A stretch of DNA of 63,991 nt, filler included, from Basidiobolus ranarum (lineage: Eukaryota): the NCBI GenBank assembly GCA_040143965.1. It is 3 parts of 3 records of this genome, joined end to end, with 100 filler letters (N's around TTAATTAATTAA, not from the genome) between each part and the next. Parts side by side here need not be neighbours in the genome. Positions count along the whole stretch, not along the records: positions 21,736 to 43,341 come from JASJQH010007076.1; 2 more parts are not named here. One strand, given 5' to 3'. The translations under genes were made by a program, and so were the position numbers. The stretch's first letter is position 1, and the number at the start of each line of letters is the position of its first letter. Below are positions 23,245-37,263 of the stretch, in pieces. Under the pieces are notes generated by a model. The model was not told the DNA's origin. It saw only the letters and a list, made by a program, of their open reading frames with translations, and ran no database searches.

Positions 23245-25940
23245 AGTAAGTGAGTATTATAGAGTCGAATGAGTGATGGAAGTGTTGGTTCTCCAACTTG
23301 TACCTCTAGATTTATATAAGTTGAAGGGTTCAATTCAACACTCTTGAGCAGGGTGGTGCAATACCACTATTGCCAAAGTAATTTTTCTCATCCAATAATA
23401 ATGGTCGACTACGTGTTACACAAGGCTTTGTTTGGAATGCTTAGTAATTGAGCATTCTAGCTTGTAACACTGGAAATTAGTAAGGCAAGGTTTGAAGTAT
23501 CTTTTGGGGCGGTTTCTCAGATGCAGTTCTTTAGTCTTCTCCAGGCAAATATGAATATAAGATACGGATTAGAACGATTTGATCATGGATGCTATATAGC
23601 AGTTGATATTTTATGACAAACGATGAGGATACCGACAACATTTGCTCTTTACTTCGCTCAGAACATGGTGAAGATGATGTTATTATCTCCACTTTATTGG
23701 CACATATTGTGAATATAAATGACTCGGAGATGTTCCGTCGCTGAATATTAGTAATCATGGCATCTTGTAAGTATAGATCTTGTTTTAAAGGTGACCTAAT
23801 TGGAGTAATTTTCCCGGCCTTGATCTTATCATTCTCACGGAGGTGAATATGCATGAATGCCTTTGGTTTGGTCGAGTATGGTGTGTCAAGATATTATCAG
23901 CATTAGTCCCAGGCCATTTATCCTCACGAACCTGAGTCATTTTTCAAAATCATCTCTACTATTACATATGTAGAAATTTGAATCGGATGTGCCATAAGTA
24001 GTGCAAGATTTAGACGTTTGGAATGTGCACGATGCTGATGAAAGCTTCAACTGTGTTTGGTTTTTACTCACCGACTACAACATATCAACTCTTTTGCCTC
24101 GTAATTAATTAACTATTTACTTACATTCTAATTGGTGTAGAATAGTACTTTTGAGTGCTTTATTTATCTTTATCACTATATCCAGAAAGATAAATGTGGG
24201 AATATTTAGATACATTTAAACCTCAATGAGACAAGAAGGACTTCCAAGAGCAGTTTGCTATCTTTAATATATTAACAAAAAGTGTATGCTTATCTTGGTC
24301 ACTATTCTCAGCTTATTAATATATCTGAATAGAATAGTGCACTTTTATACTTAGTAACCATTGATGGTTTTCACCCTACTTATTTTTTACCTACAAGTGT
24401 TTCATTTGCGCAACTGTTTGAATGTATAAGTTGGTAAGCAGTACTTAGATTCGATGAACTCTCAACCTGTCAATAATTCATAGTATAGTTAATCAAGCCT
24501 GTATTTCCAATCTCTTAGTATAAGTCAGTTCTGCATTTTGAAGAAGAATCCCAAAATACTTGTAATTGAAAAATATTGTATATGTTTTGGATAAATGTTC
24601 TTATTGATAGATGCAGTTGATGCTTATAGAATATACATTGTATTTAACCTTGATGATTATGCATCTAACTATTTTTTATCTCATGTTTAAATCAGTAAGC
24701 ATTTGTTTCTCACATATTACTTAGCTCAACAAAGGAACAGATGAATGGGATATGTGTTGAGTAGCCAAAAATTAATAATTCTGAGCTTGATATCCTTTGA
24801 TACCTTTAAAAAAGGCAACCATCCAGAGTACTAGTGAGTTCTTACCCTACTAGGTAATTAGAGGCGAGAGGTTTCATGTCAAGCGAGAGTGGTAAACAGT
24901 GTATGGGCTTATGGGATATGTGTGGTTATCAATCTCAAAGTATGCTCAAGTATGAAGTAACGAAATCTCATATTATAATCTCTCGGGTTTGGTTATTGCG
25001 GATTACTCAAGAGACAAAAGGATGAAGTTGTGTAGGTGAAGAAATGCTATTGACTTTATCTTGTATACCTTGTAACATCATGTATATTTTCCATGGGGTG
25101 TAATAAGATACTAGATAATAATAAATTAGAGAACACTTGGTAGAATAAGAGCTCACCAATGATTGACTCTTGTAGTCTCTAAACATAAGCATATATGAAA
25201 CACCACAGTATATTGTGTTGTAACGGGTAAATAGAAATGGGTTCTAAAGTTGCGACTTGTACTCCACACCTTGTTCATAGTCCATTCTGATTGGAGGCAT
25301 TCCAGTATATACTTCTGATTTATTCCGGTACTGAGATTCAATAAAGGGTTTGACATTGCGTGGGTAATTTCTCACCCAACTGGAAATGGATCAATTGCTC
25401 CATTAGATGCATGATGGTATATTTAGAGAGAATGATTTGACCATCATCTAGATTTTATAAAGAAAACCACCAACATACTTGTTAATTAAGCATAAAGTTT
25501 GGGATACGAAACAACTTTAGTACCATTAACAAGCATCGTAAGAACCACACAAAATCATGCTTCAAAAGGAAAAAAAGTGGCAAGTTCCGAGGATTATACA
25601 GTTATGAGAGCAGTATCTAGAATGATGCAATGAAAGTAACAATAATGATTCCGGGGGTTGACATCAACTAGAGCAAGTTCAAACTGGTTGGTTGGGTAAG
25701 GATTGTAAATAGATGTTCTCCCTCGTAACAAGCTATAATGTGACGTAAACGTATCCTATTGAAGTGATTCTATTTGCATTTTTCTATCCACTGCCTGTTT
25801 TTATTTCAACCATCAAATTTAATATAATGGAACTCATATGGAATGAAAAATAATACGAGCAAAAGAAACTGATTATACGATGCTGAAATGCTATGAGATT
25901 TAATGTGAATATAAATATGCATTCAAAGAGAAGTGAATAT

Positions 25941-26861
25941 CTATTGAACAAAGCGAGCATTGAACTTGACAACTTCTCGAAGAGCAGCAAGTTGCTTCCA
26001 ACTCAATTGAGCAACATTACGAGCAATGGCCCAACGAACGCCCTCCTATGAATGAACCATTATGTTAGTGACAAGTTGATGCGGCAACACTTGTAAGCTA
26101 ATTGCATATTTACCGTGCAAGGTGGAGTGGTAAGACTCCCTTCATATGCCCAGTACTCTTGAACATTACCGATTTCATTGAAAAGACTTTGAAAATCAAG
26201 GCTGCTGACTGCAATAGATTGACCTGCTATAGTAGGGATATTTCTCTGATATCGGAGGTCTGTTAGCAGAGAAATCCATTTGAAAGATGATTCCAAGAAC
26301 TTACATTATTACTCAGTTGATTTATGAATTTGTTTTTCTTGTTAGTGACTTCGAAAACAATCCCCACCACGTGATTCTTATTCAACTCCGCATTTTTCAT
26401 AACGAAATGGATTTCCATATCGAAATATTTACCCAAGATATGGTGTTCAGACGGTGTGTGGATGTGGAATTGACCCAAGCGATAGGCAACACCATCACGA
26501 GTCATAGTCAAGTTAGTGTGGTCTGGAATGTCTACTTGTAAGGTGTGTCCATTATTGGTTACTTGTAGACCATGGGTACGCAAGTTGGGCCAGTTAATTT
26601 GTAGAGATTGGTCAGTGATGATTTCTGCACTTGTGCGAGTCAAGTCAATGGGTGATTGATACTTTCCAGTACCGCAAGTAGCATAAGCAGGATCCAGAGC
26701 ACCCCACTTAGCTGGGCCATCCTGACCACTGTACTAAAAGAAAGCATTAATAAAGGTATCATTTGAGCAAAGTGTGAAATACTTACCCCCCAGTGAACTT
26801 GGCTAGCACTTATACCGAGTAAGAGCTGAAACAATGAGATAGCGGTAAATTTTAAAAGCAT
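25941..26861 (-). CDS. Secreted alpha-carbonic anhydrase (4 exons)
   Basis: The spliced model gives a signal peptide, HWGYSGQDGPAKWG, C..GKYQSPID, NNGHT, QFHIHTPSEH, MEIHFV, YEGSLTTPPCTEGVRW and NARFVQ. It has three GT-AG introns. Confidence 0.93.
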
Positions 26862-28081
26862 GTTTGAAAGTTAATCAATGAGGAAATTGACTGTAAGCTA
26901 GTAATACTGACTCTCTTTATAAGTTCTGCGGGATGATGGGGATAGAAAATGGATTCCTTCGAAAATTACACAAACACACTCATATCAGGATACAATTCTT
27001 AAAATAATTGGTGTTACCACATGAAGTCTAGAAGTTTAAGATGTTAAGACGTAGGTCGGAACACAGTAGATTTGGATCTTGACCTAATTGTCTGTTCAAA
27101 AATGGAAGTCTGGTCGTAAACAATTTGTTCCCAAATTCTGATTCAATAAAGAACGATATCATTCCATTAATATATACATAATCCTGACCCTAACCCATTA
27201 CCATAGAAATGATGAACTTGTTCTCAGATCTGCGATTTCTATGCTATGTGGCATATCCTATTGGTAAAGTACCCTATATTATTATTCTAGCGGTATGTTG
27301 CTTCTCTAACATAATCCCACCCTACAAAATACTTCCGAGACGTCATGGTTATAGCTCTCAAGCTTGATTAATTTTACTTGTTATTTACAGTGCTATACCG
27401 CGGATCAGTATCTATATATGAAAAGTACTTCTATTGGTAATCAAGTGTAGAGACGACGTTTCTTCCACTGATACTTATGTCGAATAATAGTGGGAACTTC
27501 TTTCTTAGTTTAGCACTTGACTCTCTGTTACTATAAGTGAACTTTCGTACTGATGTACATAAGAGTATACCTCATACCTTCTTCAGAGTAGAAACTCATT
27601 TTGCATGCTTATAACGGTAGTGACCTCTTGTTCTATTGCCGTGCGCCAAGTAGCGCTGTGTAAGTGATACTGAGAAAAGTGACCCCATCTGATATTTATA
27701 GTGATTTCTATTCTTTTTTCTAGCTTAGAAGGTATATGTCCCAACTTCTTTTTCTAAAATATCAATATACATAGTGAAAAGTATTATTGTCAACTCCAAT
27801 GATACTGTATATAATTTTTGCTGATGCTCTATACTTGATAGTGACTTCTACCTTTATTCTACCTGCTTTTATTGAGTGAGGACCTGCCAAATGATCAACG
27901 TTCTAATATGCATTACAGAAGATTGATTTTCCTTGTTTGGAATGACGGGTCATAGAAGCTATACATGCCAACTTAGTTCTCATTATTTGTAGAGTAGTAA
28001 TAAACGATGAATCCTATTCCAAGTAACCAAACAAAATGTTGATCGAATTAGAACATTTACTATTGAAAATAGTAAAAGTAG

Positions 28082-28154
28082 CGAGGCGCATGGGACTCGA
28101 ACCCACAATCCCCAGATCCGAAGTCTGATGCCTTATCCATTAGGCCAACGCCCC
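28082..28154 (-). tRNA. tRNA-Arg (anticodon UCG)
   Basis: The reverse complement GGGGCGTTGGCCTAATGGATAAGGCATCAGACTTCGGATCTGGGGATTGTGGGTTCGAGTCCCATGCGCCTCG folds as a cloverleaf. A TTTT terminator follows. Confidence 0.93.
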
Positions 28155-28869
28155 ACTTGAAGAAATATTCATAGTAATAATGAGAAGGGTAGCTATTTTT
28201 ATGGACCTAATTCTAGTATTACCACAAAATATCAACAAAGTAATTCATGACCTAGTTAGTAGTATGCAGATTTATAGCAGATATCCAAGTTTTGTTCATC
28301 CATAAGCGGGTTTATGTTGATGGCACGTGCATAGTTTATTTTCATTCATTCATACCAACATATATGTAATACCGATTTTGGGGATTTCAGGGATAGTAAC
28401 ACAAATAGGGAGTTTACACACATTGTCTTATAATTCCGACTTTAGTAATATTTTTTAAGAATCAAGTGATTCATTCAGGAGGAGGATGTTCAACCTATTC
28501 GTCTACACCTACACCTATACAAATGCGAATATTTGAGCTCCCACCATCCATATACATTCCAGTTCTATAGGGATGTATCCATTTGTACTTTGATCACTCT
28601 CCTTTTTTTGTTGGAGGGGATAAAAGTTCTTTTGGTAGGAAACTATGCCCACTACAACAAGTCCTATGAAGTAAGTAAAATCTTCTACTAGATATATTTG
28701 GTCACTTTATTGACCTCTTTAAACCATCAAATATAGTGAAGAAAATCAGTTAAGTCTAAGAAAAAGCAGGAGAAACCAAGTGAAAGGAGTAACTAAAGAA
28801 ATTGAAGGTTCTATGACCGACCAACCCGACAGGGCTGCGGAGATATTTAAGTTTCAAGCCAAAGTTTCC

Positions 28870-31800
28870 ATGTATACTTTAGTCTCCTCTCTACCCAACG
28901 ACGTTTTAAAAAGAATTTCTCAACTATTAGAGTTACAAAAAGATCGATTATCTTTTTGTTTAGTGAATCAAACTTGGTATAAAGCAGGTAACCAAGTTCT
29001 TTGGGAATCTCCTTCGTTTTGGAGTACATCTAGGTTTGCACTATTTTATAAAGTCGTTTCACTTAACTCAAAGTTAGCGGAAAAAGTGAACGAGTTGAAA
29101 CTAGTAATAGAAGAGGTGCCAAGAAATAAGAAACTCTTGTCCGAAGAACCAGCCCAGTTTCTATTACGTAAATCTCCGATTGCCGACCCACATATCGTAC
29201 AAAAATTAGTAGAGTCTTGTAAGAGATTGACGAGACTACATCTTTATGGCTGGAATTTTGACGATAACTCTTTGAAAAAACTACTATCGACCATCAGTGA
29301 TATGAACACACTACATATAGTTGGTTCAAATGGGTTAAAAACCGAAGTCTCTCCACCGTTAATAGAACTTCCGCCGCATTTAGAAACTCTCAGGTTGGAT
29401 GGAGCTTTCTTATTGGAAGATAGTTTTATACAAAACCATACAACAAAGTTTCGTTCACTGGTCACTCTACATATAACCACAAGTAAACTCACTGAAAACG
29501 GGGTAAACTTACTCTTTGAAGAGTTGGTGAATATCCGGGAGATTTACGTTCACAATACCAGTGAATTAAGTGATAGAAATATGGAAACTTTGATCAGTGG
29601 TGGTTCTCCCTTGGAAAGGATCTCTCTTCAAAACTGTGGTATAAGCTTGACTACTTTACAATTATTAGTAGAGAATTGTATTCAGTTGAAAGAGATTCGT
29701 TTGAATTTTCCGACCATAACAACGGACATGAACAAGGATGAAGAGAGCTCTATATTATGGACGATGCCAATATGTAAATATCTGGAGATTTTATCCATTG
29801 AAAATGGATCAATTGACGATGATTTTCTACAAAATATTGGTATGCATTGTAACCATTTAATGGAGATTGAATTAATTCAATGTAAAGGGATCACAGATGA
29901 CGGTATCAAGTGCCTATCCGAGAGTATATCTCAATTTAAGAGGATAAATCTTTCCAAAAATTCACATTTAACTAGTAATTCTTTGATAAATTTATGTACG
30001 AATTCTAGGTATTCTTTACAATTCATTACTTTCGCTTGGAATGGGGATGAGGAGGAGAATTTTACTAGGTTCAATGATTTAGTGGTGCTTTTACGTGACT
30101 CGAAGAATCTTTCGGGATTTCTTCTTCAAGGATATGATCATGTAACCACCACTAAGGAATGGTCCAATCTTATGGATAGATTGAGTGCTCCTAAGCCACC
30201 TTCTTCAACTGCGCTCACAAATTTTACTTCAAATCTGATCAGTATAGCCGAGATAAAAAATCAAGAATCTTCTTTTATCAATGATACATCGGAAGAGATC
30301 CCCCAAACAATCTCTATTGAGGAGATAGAGGATCCGAACATAAATCTTCAATCAAATATCGATGAAACGATTAATCAAGTACAGGAAGAGAAAGAGGAAC
30401 TCATTGATCATGAGGAGGTACAGGGAGAGAAGCAAGAACAAGAGAAAGTTGAGCAGGAACTCATCAATCATGTAGATGTAGAGGAAGATACACAGGTATT
30501 ACCCAATCAAACAGAGGAAGTAGAGAAAGAAGAGCAGGATCACATAGAGCATGTTGAGGAATCAAAAGAGAAATTGCTTGATGAAGTGGAGCAAAAGGGC
30601 CAGGAATTCATTGATCATGCGGAGGAAGAAAAAGAAGAATTACTCGATCAAACGGAGGAAGTGAAGGAGGTAGAGGAAGAAAAACAGGAACTACTTGATG
30701 AAGTGGAGAAGGAGCAGGAATTTGTTGATCAAGTTAAGGTAGAGGATGCGGAGGAGGAGCTCATCGATCAAGAAGAAGTAGGAACACAGAAATTACTCGA
30801 TCAAACAGTGGAAGTAAAGAAAGTAGAGGAAGAAAGGCAGGAGTCATTTGATGAAGAGGAGGGAAAGGAATCGGAATTTATTGATCAAGAGAAGGAAGTA
30901 GAGGAAGAAAAATTGGAATTACTAGTTGAAGTGGAGGGAAGGGAAGAAAAGCCCATTGATCAAGTGGAGAGAGTAGAGAAAGAAGAGCAGAAACCTATCG
31001 ATCACACAGAGAAACTTGAGGAAGAGGAGCAAGAATTCACCGATCATATGGAGGAAGAAACACAGAAATTGATCGATCAAACTGAAGAAGTGAGAGAGGT
31101 AGAGGAAGAAAAACCGGAAGCATTTGACGAAACGGAGGATGGATTTATTAATCAAGTTAGTGTAGAGGAAGAGGACCTCATCGATCCTGCAGAGGAAGAA
31201 AAAGAAAAAGTACTCAATGAGGTAGAGGGAAGGGAGCAGGAATTTGTTGATCAAGTTGAGTTGGAGGAAAAAGAGCAGGACCTCATCGATCACGAAGTAG
31301 AAACGCAGGAATTACTCGATCAAACAGAGGAAGTGAATGAAGTAGAGGAAGAAACCCCGAAATTACTTGATAAAACGGAGAAGGAGCAGGGATTCATTGA
31401 CCAAGTTAAGGTTGAGGAAAGACAGGAGTTATTTGATGAAGAGGAGGGAAAGAAATCGGAATTTATTGATCAAGAGAAGGAAGTAGAGGAAGAACAACTG
31501 GAATTATTAGATGAAGTGGAGGGAAAGGAACAGAAACCCATTGATCAAGTGGAAGGAGTAGAGAAAGAAGACCAGGAGCTTATCGATCACACAGAGAAAC
31601 TTGAGGAAGAGGAACAAGAACTCATCGATCATATGAAGGAAGAAACACAGAAATTGATCGATCAAACTGAAGAAGTGAAAGAGGTAGAAGAAGAAAAACA
31701 AGAAGCACTTGACGAAGTGGAGGAGAAGGAGGACAGATTTGTTAATCAAGTTAATGTAGAGGAAGAGAACCTTATCGATCATGCGGAGGAAGAAAAAGAG

Positions 31801-34800
31801 AAATTACTTAATGAGGTGGAGGGAAGGGAGCAAGAGTTCGTCGATCAGATTGAGTTGGAGGAAAAAGAGCAGGAGCTCATCAATCACGAAATAGAATCAC
31901 AGGAAGTACTCGATCAAACGGAGGAAATGAAGGAGGTAGAGGAACAAGCGCAGGAATTACTCGATGAAGTGGAAGTAAAGGAACAGGAACTCATTGATCA
32001 AGTAGAGGAACAAACACAGAAATTACTCGAGCAAACGGAAGAAGTGAAGAAGGTAGAGGCAGAATTGCTTGATGAAGAGGAGGGAGTAAAGGAAGAACAA
32101 GAGGGATTACTGAAGGAAGAAGTGCAGGGACTCTGCGATCAAGTTGAGAGAGTAGAGGAAGAAACACGTGTATTACTTGATGAAAGGGAGGAGGAGCAGG
32201 AATTCATCGATCACGCAAAGAAAGAAAAAGAGGAATTACTGGAGGAAGGGAAACCACAACTCAATGATCCTGCGGAGGAGGAAACACAGAAACTACTTGA
32301 TCAAGCGGGGGAAGTGAAAGAAGTAGAGGGAAATAAGCCAGAATTGCTCGATGAAGAGGAGAGAGAGGTGCAGGAACTCATCATTCATGCAGAAGAAGAA
32401 AAAGAGGGATTACTCAATGGAGAGGAGGAAAAAGAACAGGAACCCATTGATCATGTTGAGGAAAAAACACCGGAACTACTCAGTCAAACGGAGGAAGTGA
32501 AGAAAGTAGAGGAAGAATACCAGGAATTACTCGATAAAGAGCAAGAGCAGGAATTACTCGATGAAATGAAAGAAAAGGAGCAGGAATTCGATAATCAAGT
32601 AGAGGAAGAAGAAAAACAGGAATTACTTGATAAAGCGGAGAAGAAAGAACAAGAGTTCGTTTATCACGCGGAGGAAGAAACACAGGAATTACTTGATGAA
32701 GCGGAAGAAGAACAAGAGTTCATTTATCACGCAGAGGAAGAAACACCGGAATTACTCGATGAAACAGAGCAGAAATTCATTGATCAAGTTGAGGTAGAAG
32801 AACAGCAATTACTCGATGGAGTGGAGGAAGAGGAGCAAGAATTCGTTTATCATACAGAGGAAGAAACCGATATGTTACATGATGAAGTAGAGGAAAAGAA
32901 GCAACAATTCATTAATCAATTGAAGGAAGAAGAGAAAGAATTTGTTTATCACATGGAGGAAGAAACGCAAGAATCACTGAAGGAAGAGGAGCATGAATTT
33001 TCTTATATGGAGGAAGAAAACTACGAATTACTCGATCAGGTGCAGAGAGAGGAGCAGGAATTTATCTATCATATAAAGGAAGAAACACAGGAATTACTCG
33101 ATGAAGCGAAGGAGAAGGATCACGAATTCATCGATCAAGTGGGGGAAGTAGAGGAAGAAAAGGAGGAATTTTTTTATCACGCACAGGAAGAATCACAGGA
33201 ATTACTTGATGAAGCGGAGGAGAAAGAACAAGAGTTCATTTATCACTCAGAAGAAGAAATACCGGAATTACTCGTTGAAGCAAAGGAGAAGGATCACAAA
33301 TTCATCGATCAAGTGGGGGAAGTAGAGGAAGAATTTATTTATCACACTGAGGAAGATTCACAAGTATTACTCGATGAAGTGGAGGAGAAAGAACAAGAGT
33401 TCATTTATCGCGCAGAGGAAGAAAAGCATAAATCACTTGATAGAGTGGAGGAAGAGGAGCAGAAATTTGTCTATAAACCAGAGGAAAATACACAGGAATT
33501 ACACGATCAAGTGCAGGGAGAGCAGGAATTCATTTATCATGCAGAGGAAGAAACACAAGAATTACTCGATAAAGCGAAAGAGGAAGAACAAGAGTTCATT
33601 TATCACGCAGAAGTAGAAACACCGGAATTACTCGATGAAGCGAAGGAGAAGGATCACGAATTCTTCGATCAAGTAGAGGGAGCAGAAGAAGAAAAGGAGG
33701 AATTCTTTTATTACGCAGAGGGAGAATCACAAGCATTACTCAATGAAGCGGAGGAGAAAGAACAAGAGTTCACTTATTGTGCTGAAGGAGAAAAGCAGAA
33801 ATCACTTGAGGGAGCGGAGGTAGAGGAGAAGGAATTTGTGTATGAAGTAGAGGAAAAGCCACTGGGATTACACGATCAAGTGGAGAGAGAGGAGCAGGAA
33901 TTCATTAATCAAGTGGAGGTAAAAGAGGACGAGAAGGAATTCATTTATTGTGCAGAGGAAGAAATACATGAATTACTCGAAGATGTGGAGAGAGAGAATA
34001 ACGAACTCATCGATCAAGTGGGGATAGAGGAAGAAGTAGAATTCCTTTATCACATAGAAGAAGAAATACAGAAATCACTGGAAATGGAGAAAGAAAGATT
34101 GGAATCTCTAGATGAAATTGAGGAAGAGAAGCAGAAGTTCACTTATCACGCAGTGGAAGAAACACAAGAATTTCTTTATCACATGAAGAAAGAAAAACTA
34201 GGATCACTCAACCAAGCTCAAGACGAGAAGCGAGAATTTGTCTACCAGGTAGAAGAGAAAGATGAACAGGAATTTTTTTATCGCGCAGAGGAAGAGGCAC
34301 AACAATTACTGAATGAAGCTGAGGAAGAACTCGTTTATCGCACTCGCACAGAGGAAGAAACACAGGAATTTCTGTACCATATGGAGAAAAAACAACAAGA
34401 ACTAATCGATGAAATGAAAGAAGAGGAACAAGAATTCGTTTATCATGTGGAAAAAGAAGGAATCAGTGATAATCAACAGTCGATGGAGGAATGTGAATTT
34501 GTTTACAATCCAAGTGAGACGGAGTTTCTTTATGAGCGGCGGAGGGATTCTGTTACTGATGAATGGAATTATCTTGCATCATCCTCGTTGAATAACAAAG
34601 AGGTTATCTACCCAACCGCCAAATCAACAAGGACGGCAAATAATGGAGAGATTCTTACTACTGAATCCAGCGTAGACGACTCAATTCATGGCGATGAGTT
34701 TAAAGCGACTCAAGAGCAACAGCAGGAGAACGAAGAATTTAAGTACTCAGATGAAAAAGATAAGGAAGAGTTCATCTACCATGTTGAATCTAGACCGAGT

Positions 34801-35952
34801 GATGTCTACACAGGGCTTGAAGGGATCGTACCAAGTCACGATACTTGTGAGAAAACAAAGAATGTTAATACTCTGTCTCTTTCAAACAGTCCTACCGCTG
34901 CCTGTGGAGAGACATTTGATTACGCTGAAAGCAAAGTTCAAGAGGATATTGAAGCGAGACCAGAATCAATTGATGAGCCAGAAATCGAAAAGCAAGAGCT
35001 CAACTATCTAGTTGAAATGACAATGAAGGCCAATCATTGCCTTGGATTGAGGAAGACTGGGTTCGATTACCTTAGAACCAATGTGGACTACCCCAAAGAT
35101 GACTTGCCTCTTACGACAGTGAAGGAAGAACCCATTCCAACATTTGTTTATGTTGAGGCTAGAAATGAGACCACTGGTATTTCCTCTCGATTCGATAATC
35201 CTACACAACACTGTGAGAATAGCGAAGTGCCCACTGATCAAGAGCCCAACTATTTACCCAGGCTGTCGAGAAAGGGTATGAATGGAAGATTACTACTTGA
35301 AACCGATCAAAGATCTGCAGGATACTTGACCGATCCAACTCCATTATCTCCTTTCGAAGTCAGCCCATCGTGGGAACGTCAAATATTCAAAGAGGAGCGT
35401 GAGCTTTTTGATCAATTGGACGCCAAAGCCATCATAGAAACAAATGAACCAGAGCTTGAAATGGAAGACGAGTCACTGCGGACTACATATTTCACTCCTT
35501 CTAGAAGCAGAACTGAACATTCCGAAATATTGGATTTCATTCGGGAAGATACATGGTGCACATTTGCATCACAGCAATCACATCAATCACACGACTCACC
35601 CATTGAGGAAAATGAAGTTCAATTGACCGAATCTTCATTCTACACCTCCAGAAGTGATCTCTCCACACCCAGCTCAAGGTCCAGGCAAAAGTCACAGAAA
35701 ACCAAGACTCTGGTGCGATTAGACGTTGAAACTCGTAAACACGGTTCCCAATTACTTCGTGTTACAGAGGTAAGAATATGGTTATTTGGCCATCATGAAT
35801 GTCACTAATCCGTTTACTTATTTTACAAGATGGATCAACCCGATGATGTAGTTGAATGCTTCTGCTATGAATACAATTTAGTTGACCTTATGCCCGGTCT
35901 CCGTCGCTATGTCAAGAAGATGATTGGTAAAAAACAAAGAGGAAAGTCCTGA
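28870..35952 (+). CDS. F-box / RNI-like LRR protein with a ~1400-aa Glu-rich repeat array and a small C-terminal domain (2 exons)
   Basis: F-box SLPNDVLKRI...LSFCLVNQTWY...VLW is followed by LRR units such as LIQCKGITDDGIKCL, in an uninterrupted 7-kb ORF. The intron at 35770-35829 joins a final exon MDQPDDVVECFCYEYNL. The start could instead be 28813. Confidence 0.8.
30360..34540 (+). repeat. Coding imperfect tandem repeat (about 10-14-aa units) with a higher-order ~585-bp duplication
   Basis: Units resemble EEEQELIDQV and EEQEFIYHAEEE. The block starting at 30832 recurs at 31417. Confidence 0.9.
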
Positions 35953-36121
35953 TCTGTAGGTAGCATATATATGCACATATATACATCCCCCTCATTGAAT
36001 GAATCACTATTCCAAATACCATTTGAATGCCTCAACGCAGTGTGGTTTATCTTTTTGCTTTAAAAAATAAAAGAAAATAGAATGACAAACAACCCTAATC
36101 TATAAAGTACACAGCATTCAC

Positions 36122-36918
36122 TTAGTTTTGCGATACGCGGCCGACAATGCTGTATCGCTTCATGAAAAATTGATACCAACCATCCAAGGTTTCTCTCTAC
36201 AGTTCATACGGAGTTCGTTAGTATATAAAAGAAACACCTTTCCCTTCCCCCTCCCCTTCTCTTTCATAGAAATCGATGATAATTTACCTGCTTATCGGTT
36301 AAGCCACTATAATCCGCAATACAATCTTCACTTTTAAGTGAGCTCATTCCAAGTGCCTAAGCATTGGTAAGAGTTGAGTTTCGATAAAAGCACATGGGAA
36401 GAAAGTAAACCTCATAAACTTACTTTGGATGCATCTTTACCAGCGAACACATGATATCCACTTCCTGGTGCATAAGCAGTTCTATTCCAAGTGACATCGA
36501 ACACTACACCTTTGATGGCGACATAGATGGGGAGTTCCGGATTAGTTCCGTCGAATTTGGCTAATTCTGTAGCTTCAAAGGGATAATCTTCAGCGGGTTT
36601 CAAAGGAGGAAATTCTCTTTTTTTCTTCTCACTAAAAGTAATATTAAAACACATTCAATGAAAAAGTATCAAAAATGGTTCTATCAGGTAAACTAGGTCT
36701 TACGGAGTGGCTTTTTTCTCCTCTTGTTTAACTTCTTCGTCAGACTGACTTTTTTCTTCTTCAGAAATATGCTCAACAACTTGATCCTTTCCACTAAACC
36801 TTACTTTCTTTCCGTTCTTGGTGGCCTTTGAGAAGTAAAACCGAGATAAAGTGAAGTGAAGTAATATTGGTACCGCTATCAAGTATAGCATATCCACATA
36901 TGACCAATTTTCCAACAT
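36122..36918 (-). CDS. Cytochrome b5-like heme/steroid-binding (MAPR/Dap1-like) protein (4 exons)
   Basis: An N-terminal TM helix is followed by ELAKFDG..PIYVAIKGVVFDVT, YAPGSGYHVFAGKDASK|ALGMSSLK and LDGWYQFFMKRYSIVGRV. Confidence 0.9.
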
Positions 36919-37263
36919 ATTCGCTATTATCAGTAAAGCTACAACTTTGAGAGGGTTAACAAACTAATCAAGAGTAGATCAAAAATGAACACGACAAATA
37001 AATATCACTTTGACAAGTAAGATCTGGATGAATTTCAAGGTACATTGGATGGTGAAACAAGGTGGATAATCGAAATGCTACTTTACACCAATTTCGTGAG
37101 ATAATTAGGTTGAATTTACGTGAGAGAATATCTAATGCGCATGTTGTTACCCATCCATTCAATAACAATACTGTTCAGGTAAAGAGATGTATATGTAAAG
37201 CACAAAGGCCAAATTTATTGTTGATTTGTTGGATTAAAAATCGTGATGAGAACAACCATCTGT

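Noticed and set aside
30922-32683. Phe/Leu-rich antisense ORFs
   Set aside because: They are shadows of the GAA/GAG-rich sense strand.
30360-34540. Regularly spaced repeats as a possible CRISPR-like array
   Set aside because: The units are in-frame coding and degenerate, they lack unique spacers, and there are no cas genes.
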